From the NCBI GenBank assembly GCA_019417465.1, contig DXVF01000003.1, positions 47,022 to 111,021 of the forward strand: a stretch of 64,000 nucleotides of DNA, given 5' to 3'. The stretch comes from Clostridiales bacterium. GTDB taxonomy: Bacteria > Bacillota > Clostridia > TANB77 > CAG-508. Below, in pieces: positions 1 through 11,051 of the stretch. The notes under the pieces are model-generated. The model did no database searches. It was given only the letters and a program-made list of their open reading frames with translations, and was not told the origin of the DNA. Position 1 is the stretch's first letter. The number at the start of each line of letters is the position of its first letter. Both the position numbers and the translations under genes were made by a program.

Positions 1-258
1 TTAAGATTAGAATACTTAAAAACATATAAAAAAGCTGAATATACTATTTTATTTATAGATTGTACTTTAAGGAAACATATCGTAGAAACTGATAAACAAG
101 CTAAAAAAAGATTTGACATACTTATGAAACAAATGCTAGAAAAAAATCCTATTGATGAAAAATTGAAAAATACTGACCCGCTAAAATGGATAGGGCTTAT
201 GAATAGCTATAAAAATTCAGTTGAAGAAAGTATTTTCAAAGAATTAATTTATATTTAG
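1..258 (+). CDS. TnpV-like transposon-associated protein, 5' end cut by window edge
   Basis: Frame 1 is open from base 1 to TAG at 256-258. The C-terminus ...DPLKWIGLMNSYKNSVEESIFKELIYI parallels the second TnpV-like ORF at 12958-13338 (...NQLYWVSMMNNFKNVAEEIVLNELIYV) and TnpV of Tn4451-type elements. Confidence 0.6.
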   Translation, partial: LRLEYLKTYKKAEYTILFIDCTLRKHIVETDKQAKKRFDILMKQMLEKNPIDEKLKNTDPLKWIGLMNSYKNSVEESIFKELIYI

Positions 259-266
259 ATTTTTGC

Positions 267-295
267 TTGACAATTGCAAACAATTGTTTTATAAT
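267..295 (+). promoter_or_regulatory. Consensus sigma-A type promoter (TTGACA-17 nt-TATAAT) for the KilA-N gene
   Basis: TTGACA at 267-272, a 17-nt spacer containing the palindrome caattgcaaacaattg, and TATAAT at 290-295. The ORF-track TTG start at 267 is this -35 box. Confidence 0.6.
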
Positions 296-329
296 GGATA
301 CGAATTTTACAGAGATTGGAAGTGATATT

Positions 330-1205
330 ATGAGTAAAGAACTTATAACTACACAAATGAATGTTAAAGATAATTTAGTAGGTGTTATGCGAGTTGGAGA
401 AGTTGATTATATATCATTAACAGATTTAGCAAAGTTTAAAAATAATAAATATCCAGCAAATGTTATTATTCATTGGTTAAGCAATAAAGACACTGCCCTT
501 TATGTAGGGTTGTGGGAAGAACTTAATAATGAAAATTTTAATTTAACGGAATATCGTGAAATTAAAATAAATGAAATTGGGACATCTTCTTATACAATGA
601 GTCCTAAACAATGGATACAAAGAACTAATGCAATAGGCTTAATTTCAAAAGGTGGAAAATATAGTATTGGAACTTATGCTCATCCAGATTTAGCTTTTGA
701 ATTTGCAAGTTGGTTAAGTGTTGAATTTAAGCTTTATTTAATAAGAGAGTTTGAAAGGCTAAAGAAAAATGAAAGCTATCAAAATAAAATAGAATGGTCT
801 GTAAGACGAGAACTTGCAAAAACAAATTATAGAATACATACTGATAGTATAAAAGAAAATTTAGTTCCTACACTTACTGAAAAACAGAAACAATATGTAT
901 ATGCTAATGAAGCTGATATATTAAATGTAGCTTTATTTGGAATGACAGCTAAAGAATGGAAAGATAATAATCCCACTTTAGACGGTAATATGCGAGATTA
1001 TGCAAATATTCTTCAATTAGTAATTTTAAGCAATTTAGAAAATTTAAATGCTGAAATGATAGAACGAGGATTAGAACAAAGCAAAAGACTAGAAAGATTA
1101 AATACAATAGCTAAAAGGCAATATTTAACTTTACAAGATAGTAATGGTATTAAGAAAATAGAAGCTTTAGAAAAGAAAGAAAAACCTAACTTATTGGTAA
1201 AATAA
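330..1205 (+). CDS. KilA-N domain DNA-binding protein
   Basis: ATG at 330 lies downstream of the promoter. The N-terminal region (VGVMRVGEVDYISLTDLAKFKN ... HPDLAFEFASWLSVEFKLYLIREFERLK) looks like the KilA-N/Bro-type fold. The C-terminal half is coiled-coil-like. Confidence 0.6.
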   Translation: MSKELITTQMNVKDNLVGVMRVGEVDYISLTDLAKFKNNKYPANVIIHWLSNKDTALYVGLWEELNNENFNLTEYREIKINEIGTSSYTMSPKQWIQRTNAIGLISKGGKYSIGTYAHPDLAFEFASWLSVEFKLYLIREFERLKKNESYQNKIEWSVRRELAKTNYRIHTDSIKENLVPTLTEKQKQYVYANEADILNVALFGMTAKEWKDNNPTLDGNMRDYANILQLVILSNLENLNAEMIERGLEQSKRLERLNTIAKRQYLTLQDSNGIKKIEALEKKEKPNLLVK

Positions 1206-1312
1206 ATATAGTATTGTTCTAATTAATAAAAAGCAAAGTGAGAAAAAAGAGCTTATCCTTCTTTCTCGAAATGAATAACCAGTAGTAAAAAATACTACTG
1301 GCTTATTTTGTA

Positions 1313-2383
1313 CTATTTTCGATAATTTAATAAAATAAATTCTTCTTTAAAGTCTTTGTATAATTTGTTTGCAAGTATATCTGCTGTTTCTATATATATA
1401 CGCTCTGTTTCACATATAATGGGAGAAACGTCAACAATATCATTTGTAGTCATTATTCTTGCACAGCCACATTTATAGATACATCTATTCTTTAATGAAC
1501 ATTCATCACAAACTACTTTGCTATTTAATCTTCTTGAAAAAATTTCTCTTCGTTTTTGAATATCTATGCCATTTTCATAATCTCCAATTGCAAACCTATC
1601 ATCACCAACATATTGTATACATGGATAAAATTTTCCATCTGTATCTACAGCAATTCGATTTGCATTACAGCTGTCAACACATTTCTTTTCTTGGATATGT
1701 AAATACATTTTTGTATCCAATGGATATATCCTTATATAATTTTTATTTTTGAATTCATTATAATAAATATCTAAAATTTTTTTATACTCTTGTTTTAATA
1801 TTTCTAAAGAAGTATCATCCCAATTATCAGAATAATTAAAATTGCAAGTAATACTTTTAAATCCTAAATTCACTAAAAAGTTAATATTATTTGCTAAATT
1901 CTTAACATTATTCAAACATACAACAGGTAAAGCCATACAATTTAAATTTGATTCTATACATTTTTTAGAATTTTTTACTACATCATCAAAACTTTCTTTA
2001 TTTGCAATACTTGTTCTATTAAGGTTATGACTTTCTGCATTTCCATCTATGCTTATTCCAACTGTTATATTATTTTTTTTACAAAATTTTATAAATTCAT
2101 CATCTATTAATGTTCCATTCGTAGTTAATGAATAATTAAATTTATGCTTTGAATTTTTGGTTATATTATTTCCTAGATTAACTGTATCATAGATAAGTTG
2201 CTTTTCTAATAAAGGCTCTCCACCAAAAAAAGATACAGTTGTACTTCTTTCTCTAGAATTTACTCTTTCTTTTAATAATTTTTCTATGACATTAAAATTT
2301 ATTACTTTGTTAATTTTGTTTTTTTCATAGCAATATTTACAGTTTAAATTGCATGAATTGGTTAAATAAAAAATATATTCCAT
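1313..2383 (-). CDS. Radical SAM enzyme with C-terminal SPASM-type Cys cluster (peptide/protein-modifying maturase type)
   Basis: N-terminal CNLNCKYC (CxxxCxxC) motif, GGEPLL motif, and C-terminal Cys-rich segment CDECSLKNRCIYKCGCARI. Size (356 aa) is typical of small SPASM maturases. Confidence 0.75.
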   Translation of the reverse strand: MEYIFYLTNSCNLNCKYCYEKNKINKVINFNVIEKLLKERVNSRERSTTVSFFGGEPLLEKQLIYDTVNLGNNITKNSKHKFNYSLTTNGTLIDDEFIKFCKKNNITVGISIDGNAESHNLNRTSIANKESFDDVVKNSKKCIESNLNCMALPVVCLNNVKNLANNINFLVNLGFKSITCNFNYSDNWDDTSLEILKQEYKKILDIYYNEFKNKNYIRIYPLDTKMYLHIQEKKCVDSCNANRIAVDTDGKFYPCIQYVGDDRFAIGDYENGIDIQKRREIFSRRLNSKVVCDECSLKNRCIYKCGCARIMTTNDIVDVSPIICETERIYIETADILANKLYKDFKEEFILLNYRK

Positions 2384-2396
2384 TTTGCACCTTACA

Positions 2397-2801
2397 TTAC
2401 ATATAATTTTCTAGGTAATATATAAATATAGATGTAATTACAATAATAGCTATACTTATACCAAAAATCCACCATTTAATTTTTCTATGTTTATTTAATT
2501 TCTTTATATTTTCTTTCATTCCGTTTTCATTTGTGCATTTATTTATTTTCATTTTATTTATAATCAATAATATTGTTGAAAGTATTGTTATGAAGATAGA
2601 TATACTTCTTATTAGTTTGCAGATTTTTATTGGAAATATATTTGATGGTACTGCAACATAACATATTACAGCTACAGGAATAACTTCTCCTGGAGTAATA
2701 GTTGCAACTAATAACATTTCTTTCATATAATTAGATTTTGGCACTTCCTTTATAGTCGGATATAATGCTTCATTTTTTTCTTTTATTGGTTTTAATTCCA
2801 T
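2397..2801 (-). CDS. Small membrane protein of unknown function, co-oriented 13 nt upstream of the radical SAM gene
   Basis: ATG at 2801 is preceded by AAAGGA. Hydrophobic segments are LLVATITPGEVIPVAVICYVAV, ISIFITILSTILLII and WWIFGISIAIIVITSIFIYY. I recognise no family. Confidence 0.5.
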   Translation of the reverse strand: MELKPIKEKNEALYPTIKEVPKSNYMKEMLLVATITPGEVIPVAVICYVAVPSNIFPIKICKLIRSISIFITILSTILLIINKMKINKCTNENGMKENIKKLNKHRKIKWWIFGISIAIIVITSIFIYYLENYM

Positions 2802-2890
2802 ATAATTAATTCCTTTCAAATAAAATCTATGTTTATTATAACATAAAAAATTATTTTAGCAATTATTTTTCCATGTTTTTCTAAATTTCA

Positions 2891-2919
2891 TTGACATCAA
2901 TGCATTTTGATGATATATT
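2891..2919 (+). promoter_or_regulatory. Putative sigma-A promoter (TTGACA-17-TATATT) reading toward oriT region and mob
   Basis: TTGACA at 2891-2896, a 17-nt spacer and TATATT at 2914-2919. Confidence 0.45.
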
Positions 2920-3256
2920 GTAACTACCATTTATTATGGTAACTGAAAAATTAAATAATGACGCATGTAATGAGTTACTTGGCAGAAGGTATTAAGTTAT
3001 TTTCGAAGTTCTGGGTTTAACTCGCTCCGCTATGTCAAAAGGGTGGATTTTAAATATATAATAAATAGAAAAGAGAAATATTAATCCAATTGAAATAATA
3101 CTGACAGGAGATGTGCAGATAAAATTAGAACAAAATTTTTAAAAAATTTATGTTGCTAATTTTATTTGTTATTCCAGCCAGTTTTTTTATTGTGTAAAAA
3201 CACAATAAAAAACCGCTGATAAAATTTTTAGCAGATATGCTTAAAATTTTTCAGTG

Positions 3257-3376
3257 ACAAAATTAGTTGCTTTTTAGCAAGTAATTTTGTAAGCCTCGCA
3301 GAGCCCACGACATCTTTGCAAACGAAGTTTGAAAGTGTCATAGTGGGTTAGATACTTTCAATGAAAGTTATCTAAC
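3257..3376 (+). promoter_or_regulatory. Putative oriT (RSA-like) region of the MobV relaxase: three inverted repeats
   Basis: Hairpins at 3257-3290 (15-bp arms, 1 mismatch), 3309-3339 (imperfect) and 3347-3376 (gttagatactttc / gaaagttatctaac). They lie directly upstream of the Mob/Pre gene, as in Tn4451 tnpZ/RSA. Confidence 0.45.
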
Positions 3377-3420
3377 ACTGCTCCCTGCAGTCGCCTGTAT
3401 ATCTGCGGAAAGGATTTCAA

Positions 3421-4707
3421 ATGGAAAAACAACATTTCTCTGTAGCAAGAGTTGCTACACATACTAAAGAAAATATCAGTAAATTTGAAAGACATGATGA
3501 AAGAAAAAATACAACTTATTCTAATACAAATATAGTTGCTGAAAGAACACCAATGAATATTTATTTTAAAAGATATGACTCTACTCTAAATCAAAAATTT
3601 GATGAAATGGTTAAATCAGGTCAAATATCTACAAGAGGTTTAAAATCAAATGCAAAAATATATAATGAACTAGTTTTTGATGTTAACTCTCTATATTTTG
3701 AAGAAAATGGTGGTTATGAATTTGCAAAAAGATTTTATGAAAAAGCATATAACTTTGCTGAAAAAGAAATGGGAACTGAAAATATTTTAACTGCTGTACT
3801 TCATGCTGATGAATTAAATACTGCACTTACAGAAGAATTTGGTAAAGAAATTTATCATTACCATCTTCATATTATAGCTATTCCTGTTGTGAAGAAAGAA
3901 ATTAAATATTCCAAAAGATGCAAAGACAAATCTTTAGTTGGTAAAACAAAAGAAATAATCAATCAAGTAAGCCATAGCAAGAAATGGAAATCTGAACAAG
4001 CCAAAGATTTGCAAGGCAATCCCCTATATGATGAAAAAGGAAAACCTATTTTAATTAAATCATATAGCCTATTACAAGACAGATTTTTTCAATATATGTT
4101 TGATAATGGTTATAGAGGTTTTGTAAGAGGTATTAAAGGAAGTACAGCTGAACACCTTGAAAATCTTGATTATAAAATAAAAAAAGATAAAGAAAGACTT
4201 AAAGAAATATCAAACAAAATTGAAGAAAAAGAAACAACTTTTGATAATATCATGAAATTTGATAAACAAATTAAAGGTGTGTCAGATTTAGGAAAACAAA
4301 AAAGGTTTTCTAAAAAGATTGAATTAGAGCCACAGGACTATGAGGACTTAGTTAATTATGCTAAAAAAGGAATTGTAGCAGATAAAGAAATTTATGAACG
4401 AGATACTAGAATTGAAAACTTAAGAAACACCTTAAATAGATGGATAGAAAAATATGATGTTTTGGTAGAAAAAACAAGAGATTACTTCCATGCTATAAAA
4501 CTTGCACCACAAAGAGTTGCAGATTTCTTTAAAAGTCTATTTGATAAAGAAAAACAAGATGAATTAGAAAGACAACGAATTGAACAAGAAAAATTAGAAG
4601 CTGAAAGAAAAGCTCGTGAAGAAGCTAGAGAAAAAGAAAGATTAGAAAAACAAAAACTGAAGGACTCTCCTGAATATAAGAAAAGGAGGGCTAGTTATGA
4701 ACGATAA
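3421..4707 (+). CDS. MobV-family (Mob/Pre, plasmid recombination enzyme type) relaxase
   Basis: N-terminal relaxase domain with LHADELN...YHYHLHIIAIPVV (HxDE...HxH metal motif). Long Lys/Glu-rich coiled-coil C-terminus. RBS GGAAAGGA precedes the ATG. Confidence 0.8.
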   Translation: MEKQHFSVARVATHTKENISKFERHDERKNTTYSNTNIVAERTPMNIYFKRYDSTLNQKFDEMVKSGQISTRGLKSNAKIYNELVFDVNSLYFEENGGYEFAKRFYEKAYNFAEKEMGTENILTAVLHADELNTALTEEFGKEIYHYHLHIIAIPVVKKEIKYSKRCKDKSLVGKTKEIINQVSHSKKWKSEQAKDLQGNPLYDEKGKPILIKSYSLLQDRFFQYMFDNGYRGFVRGIKGSTAEHLENLDYKIKKDKERLKEISNKIEEKETTFDNIMKFDKQIKGVSDLGKQKRFSKKIELEPQDYEDLVNYAKKGIVADKEIYERDTRIENLRNTLNRWIEKYDVLVEKTRDYFHAIKLAPQRVADFFKSLFDKEKQDELERQRIEQEKLEAERKAREEAREKERLEKQKLKDSPEYKKRRASYER

Positions 4708-4963
4708 TAATGAAAAAATATATAGAATTGAACTAACTAATGAAGAATATAAGTTTTTAGAAAATCTTAGAAATGAACTCTATAATAAACTTGAAAAAAT
4801 GAATAAAGAAGAACTTATAGAATATTTTAATGACTTATACCCAGAACAAAAGTTGAACTTTGAAAAACAAATAAAAGGTAAGACATATAAGGTAAACACC
4901 TACTTTAATGAGAATTCTGAATATACCATATTACAAATTCTTTTTGAAATATTAAGAAAATAA
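4697..4963 (+). CDS. Hypothetical 88-aa protein, translationally coupled to mob
   Basis: The ATG overlaps the mob stop and is preceded by AAAAGGAGGG. No recognisable motif. Confidence 0.5.
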   Translation: MNDNNEKIYRIELTNEEYKFLENLRNELYNKLEKMNKEELIEYFNDLYPEQKLNFEKQIKGKTYKVNTYFNENSEYTILQILFEILRK

Positions 4964-4983
4964 AAATTTTATTAGATTTTTAG

Positions 4984-6738
<1,755 letters not shown>

Positions 6739-6760
6739 TATTGAAATAACTTATTTTATG

Positions 6761-6800
6761 GGGAGAATGATTTTAGTGTACTTAACTAAATCGTTCTCCC
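6761..6800 (+). terminator. Hairpin downstream of the recombinase gene
   Basis: gggagaatgattt / aaatcgttctccc arms (one G-T pair), followed by a T-rich tract. Confidence 0.4.
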
Positions 6801-7178
6801 TTATGAGTTTTGACATTCTATCAAAGCTCATAGTCTCTGCTATGCAATGTATCTCTTGCTGAAAGAGTACAAAAAAGAATCAACCCTTAAAGATTGATTC
6901 TTACATTATATCTGTTTTATTGTTCGAACAGATAGGTCATTGGTGCCTTAGCGAAGGACGTATGCGAAAAACGTCTTACGCAAAAGTACATTATTATCCG
7001 TTTCAAAATTAGTTATAGTAATAATTTAAAATAAATGTATACCCACATCGGTGTTTTTTTGTCTATTACTATGTTTTTAATTTAACATAATTTTTTATGT
7101 TTGGCAATACCTTAATAAAATTTGTATATTTTCATAATCATTATATTGTATTGTTTCAGTTAACGTTTTTTCTCTCTA

Positions 7179-8312
7179 TTATGATATCTCTGAAAATTTG
7201 AAATATAATTTTTTATTTGTATTTATTCTATAAACTCCATTTCCATTTTTTAGGCTTAAATGAATATATGACTGCATTGGCGTTTGTCTCCTTAATTTCA
7301 CAATTTCATCTATGTCCTTAATAATTAATTCCTCTTTTATAATTGTACTGAAATACATTAAAAATTCTTCTGCTGTTATATTAGGATTAAGTGCAATCAT
7401 ATTTTGAGTTGTTTCAAAAAAGAATTTATTTCTACTATCGCTATATACATTTGGCTCCGAAGATCTATATAATTCTATTCCATCTATATTTATCTTTTCG
7501 TATTTACTTTCTAAATTTTTATTTGATTTATATTGTATATTGGTATTTTCTATTTGACTCATACTTATTATTATTGGAGATCCTTTACATATCTGAAATA
7601 TTTTATTTGGATATACTATCATTTCACTTTTTATTATTTTGTTTCTTAAATCTATACAATTTATCATTATATTTCCAAAACTAATATTCTCTTTAAATAT
7701 TAATATATCAACTTTTTTATCACAAATTTCTTGTATTTTTTTTACTAAATTATAGTCTTTATAAATCTCATATTTTTCTAATTTTAATCCATTTGTATCT
7801 ACTATTTTTGAAAAATATTCTCCTTTATCGTTAGTATATACTTGGCAGAAATCTTCAACTTCTATTATCAATCCAAAAATTTTTCCTATTGAATAATTTA
7901 TCTTATAAGTATCTAGTCTTAATAATTTCTGCTCTATCATATCCATTAGATTTTTTCTCATATATCTTATATTACTTCTAATGTCTTCATCTGAAAAAGT
8001 TAAAGTACCAAATATATTACTTTTATATCTTGATTTTCTATCTACTTTGTTTTTTATCACTTTTCCCATAGAAAAGCATTTTTTGTTTTTGTTATACTTT
8101 CTTTCATAACTATCAATAGAAAACTTTTCAAAATAATACTGCTTATATGCATAGTCTGGTCCACCCTTTTTATCTAACTCTTCTAAATAGATTAAGTTTC
8201 TTAGTACTTCTAATATGTCATCATCACATTTATTTATTTTATTAACTGCTTTAGCATTTCTTATTTCTTCTAAAAATTTACTTTCATTTATACTATTATC
8301 CATTTGTACCAC
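7179..8312 (-). CDS. Hypothetical 377-aa protein (no recognisable domain), cargo of element B
   Basis: Long uninterrupted ORF, 6 nt downstream of the DinD-like gene and probably co-transcribed. Asn/Lys/Ile-rich soluble protein. Confidence 0.55.
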   Translation of the reverse strand: MVQMDNSINESKFLEEIRNAKAVNKINKCDDDILEVLRNLIYLEELDKKGGPDYAYKQYYFEKFSIDSYERKYNKNKKCFSMGKVIKNKVDRKSRYKSNIFGTLTFSDEDIRSNIRYMRKNLMDMIEQKLLRLDTYKINYSIGKIFGLIIEVEDFCQVYTNDKGEYFSKIVDTNGLKLEKYEIYKDYNLVKKIQEICDKKVDILIFKENISFGNIMINCIDLRNKIIKSEMIVYPNKIFQICKGSPIIISMSQIENTNIQYKSNKNLESKYEKINIDGIELYRSSEPNVYSDSRNKFFFETTQNMIALNPNITAEEFLMYFSTIIKEELIIKDIDEIVKLRRQTPMQSYIHLSLKNGNGVYRINTNKKLYFKFSEIS

Positions 8313-8318
8313 AATTCT

Positions 8319-9155
8319 TTATTTATTTTTTAGACTTCTTTTATTTTCTTTTTCCAGCTGTTTCAAACTCTTTTTAGGGGTAGGTAAATTCTCTGGCATA
8401 GTTCCACCATTTTTAGCAATTACTTCTCTGATATTTTTTCCAATATTATAATGAGTTTCGTTTGCTTCTTTTTCGCTTTGTATATTATCTTTTTTCAATT
8501 TTTGTTCTGTTTGTGAAATTCTAAATAAATTTGCAATAAGTTCATCACTTCCCATATTATCTAAAATATCTTCTCTATATCTTAATCCTTTTCTTTTAGC
8601 AATGTCATTAGCTGTTTCTCCATTATATAAACCTTTATAACCATAATTATGAAATTTATCAAAATTCTTAACTCCTGCATTTTTAGCTGTTTGATTAAGT
8701 GAATAATTGCCTTTTTTAGTTAAATTTCTTTGATAAAATCTCTTTTCATCTTCTGTTAATGAATTATACTCTTTTTCGCTAATTTCTTGTTTTCTAGTTT
8801 GTATCGCAAAATATGTTTGAGCAAGAGCAACAATTTTTAATCTTGGATTTGCATTTTGGGCTATAAGATAGCAAGCATATCGTGTTAATTTATAATCTTT
8901 TTGTTCTCTTTTCGCACCAGAGCCGATTTCTACCATTTTGTTGTCAACAACGAAATGGTCAATGTCAGTTATTTCAGAGTTTTGACAAGCTATTTTTGCT
9001 TTTTCAATTACTGCGTCAAAATATCTCCAATCTTTATAACTTAAAACTTTCATTAGTTCTCTTGCATACCAATATTCAATTCCATTTTCATCAATGTGTT
9101 TTATATCTTCAAAGGTTTGATTTGTATAATTTTCATTATTATCTAATTTGTCCAT
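8319..9155 (-). CDS. dinD: DNA-damage-inducible protein D (DinD)-like protein
   Basis: The N-terminal 120 aa (FEDIKHIDENGIEYWYARELMKVLSYKDWRYFDAVIEKAKIACQNS...KLTRYACYLIAQNANP) match my memory of the DinD family. Confidence 0.6.
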   Translation of the reverse strand: MDKLDNNENYTNQTFEDIKHIDENGIEYWYARELMKVLSYKDWRYFDAVIEKAKIACQNSEITDIDHFVVDNKMVEIGSGAKREQKDYKLTRYACYLIAQNANPRLKIVALAQTYFAIQTRKQEISEKEYNSLTEDEKRFYQRNLTKKGNYSLNQTAKNAGVKNFDKFHNYGYKGLYNGETANDIAKRKGLRYREDILDNMGSDELIANLFRISQTEQKLKKDNIQSEKEANETHYNIGKNIREVIAKNGGTMPENLPTPKKSLKQLEKENKRSLKNK

Positions 9156-9241
9156 TTAAAATCATCTCCATTTCGTATTATTGGCTATTCTATTACAATA
9201 TTAAACAAATCGCAATATATTTACGAAAATCCGTTTTTGTT

Positions 9242-10087
9242 TTATGTTTTTAATTTTCCCCAACCTATTTTCATTTCTTTATTTTTAAGTAATTGCTGTT
9301 TTAATAATTTTTGTAAAGAAGTATCTTCTATTAAATCATTATAATTGTTACATTCCTGTACATTAAAAACAAAATTTAATATATCTTTAGTTGCATCTAG
9401 TCCATCTTTTACTTCAAATAAATTATAAAACTTTGCAATATTTGAGTTTTTATCTATAATAGCATTTATTTGATTACTCAATAGCCAAGAATAACATCTA
9501 TATTCTGGATTTCTTATATTAAAATATTTTTCAATTTCTTGTTTCGAATCTTTAATTGATTGTAATACTTTTTCTATTTCTAAGTTTTCACCAGATGGTA
9601 TATGTATTTTAATATGATTTTCACATCTCTCGTATTGTAATCTTCCAACTTCTATTAATTTTGTATTAATAAAATATGCTGCCCAAATCATTTGTGAAAT
9701 TCTAATTCCTTCTAATTTTCTAACAAAAATATCATTCGTTAATGCTTCTTTAACTCTTTGCTTATATAATTCCTTTTTCTCATTTTCATAGTTTTTAATT
9801 TTCATATTTTTACAATGTATTTCATACCCCAATAATACCAATACGTTTGTTATATAAGGATTATATTGTTCACCAAAAAGATTAATCATGCTTTGTCCTT
9901 TCCAAAGAGTATCAATCTTAAATGATTTATCAGTATATAATATATTATAAATTTCTTCTGCTTTAATATTAAAATCTTTTGTTTCATTAACATCTTTAAC
10001 ACATTTATAACATTTATTTCGATAATTAACATCGTCTATTTGATAATATTTTAAAGCATTATCAATCACAGATACTTCAAATTTCAT
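9242..10087 (-). CDS. Hypothetical 281-aa protein, possibly acyltransferase-like
   Basis: Overlaps the upstream beta-lactamase-like gene by 4 nt (ATGA coupling). The HIKIHIPSG segment is reminiscent of GNAT-like acyltransferase-domain proteins, but the assignment is weak. Confidence 0.4.
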   Translation of the reverse strand: MKFEVSVIDNALKYYQIDDVNYRNKCYKCVKDVNETKDFNIKAEEIYNILYTDKSFKIDTLWKGQSMINLFGEQYNPYITNVLVLLGYEIHCKNMKIKNYENEKKELYKQRVKEALTNDIFVRKLEGIRISQMIWAAYFINTKLIEVGRLQYERCENHIKIHIPSGENLEIEKVLQSIKDSKQEIEKYFNIRNPEYRCYSWLLSNQINAIIDKNSNIAKFYNLFEVKDGLDATKDILNFVFNVQECNNYNDLIEDTSLQKLLKQQLLKNKEMKIGWGKLKT

Positions 10088-10905
10088 TGAATTGTTCCCT
10101 TTCTTATAAATTCATTAAAAATAAGATTACTAATCTTTCTTCCTTGACTATAAACATATTCATCGTTTCTATAATCCTTATCTTTAAAATCTTTGATAAA
10201 AATCGTTAAAATATAGTTTCCATACTTAGTTGATACAATTCCTCCGTCATTTCTAACAGATTGATATTTTCCACTTTTAGTAACTATATAATTTACGATT
10301 GGGTTTTCTACTTCTTTATAAACTTTGTCTATTCCATCTCCAACCATTTCATGATATTTTTGATTTTTTATTATATCTATTATTTCCTGTGTTATCTCTT
10401 TGTCAAATAGTTCGTAATCATTTAATTTCTTCCATGCTAAATAATAATCATAAGCTGTAGTTTCTGAAAACACTTCATCTTCTACTGATTTGAATTCACT
10501 ATATAATTTGGTATCTTTACACTCAATATTTTCTATCGTTTTATTTATTTTATCTATTCTCAAAAAGTCGATTAACATATTAGTTGCTACATTATCACTT
10601 ATGATTATCATTAAAGTTGCAATATCAAGAATAGGAAGTTTTATGCCTTTTGATAAATATCTCATTACTCCACTACCATTTACATAGTGCTTGTCTAAAT
10701 ATGTAAGCTCTGTTTCTCTATGTATTGTTCCATTACTTATTTGATTAAATAATTCTATTAAAATAAATATTTTTATACAGCTTGCTGAGTTATATTTTTC
10801 TTTTTCATTTATCTTTAATACATTACCATTTAAATCATCATAATAAACTGCTACTTTACCATCAAAATTAACTAAACTATCCTTTATTACTTTTTCTATA
10901 TTCAT
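10084..10905 (-). CDS. Class A beta-lactamase-like serine hydrolase
   Basis: SxxK (SCIK), SDN (ISDNVATN) and KSG (VTKSGKY) motifs occur in the expected order and spacing. ATG at 10905 follows TTGGAGAA. There is no obvious signal peptide. Confidence 0.65.
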   Translation of the reverse strand: MNIEKVIKDSLVNFDGKVAVYYDDLNGNVLKINEKEKYNSASCIKIFILIELFNQISNGTIHRETELTYLDKHYVNGSGVMRYLSKGIKLPILDIATLMIIISDNVATNMLIDFLRIDKINKTIENIECKDTKLYSEFKSVEDEVFSETTAYDYYLAWKKLNDYELFDKEITQEIIDIIKNQKYHEMVGDGIDKVYKEVENPIVNYIVTKSGKYQSVRNDGGIVSTKYGNYILTIFIKDFKDKDYRNDEYVYSQGRKISNLIFNEFIRKGTIQ

Positions 10906-11051
10906 AATTAAATTCTCCAATCTTCAAAATAATATCTTTGATTGTCTTATTTATACCATAAAACCACTATAAAAACAATTATTTTACAAATATTAGCGTT
11001 GAAAATATAGTAAGGTTGTTACTTTTTTATATATAACAACCTTTAATATTC

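Noticed and set aside
267-329. The ORF-track start (TTG at 267) of the 312-aa KilA-N ORF.
   Set aside because: The TTG is the first base of a perfect TTGACA -35 box with TATAAT 17 nt downstream. The in-frame ATG at 330 is the plausible start.
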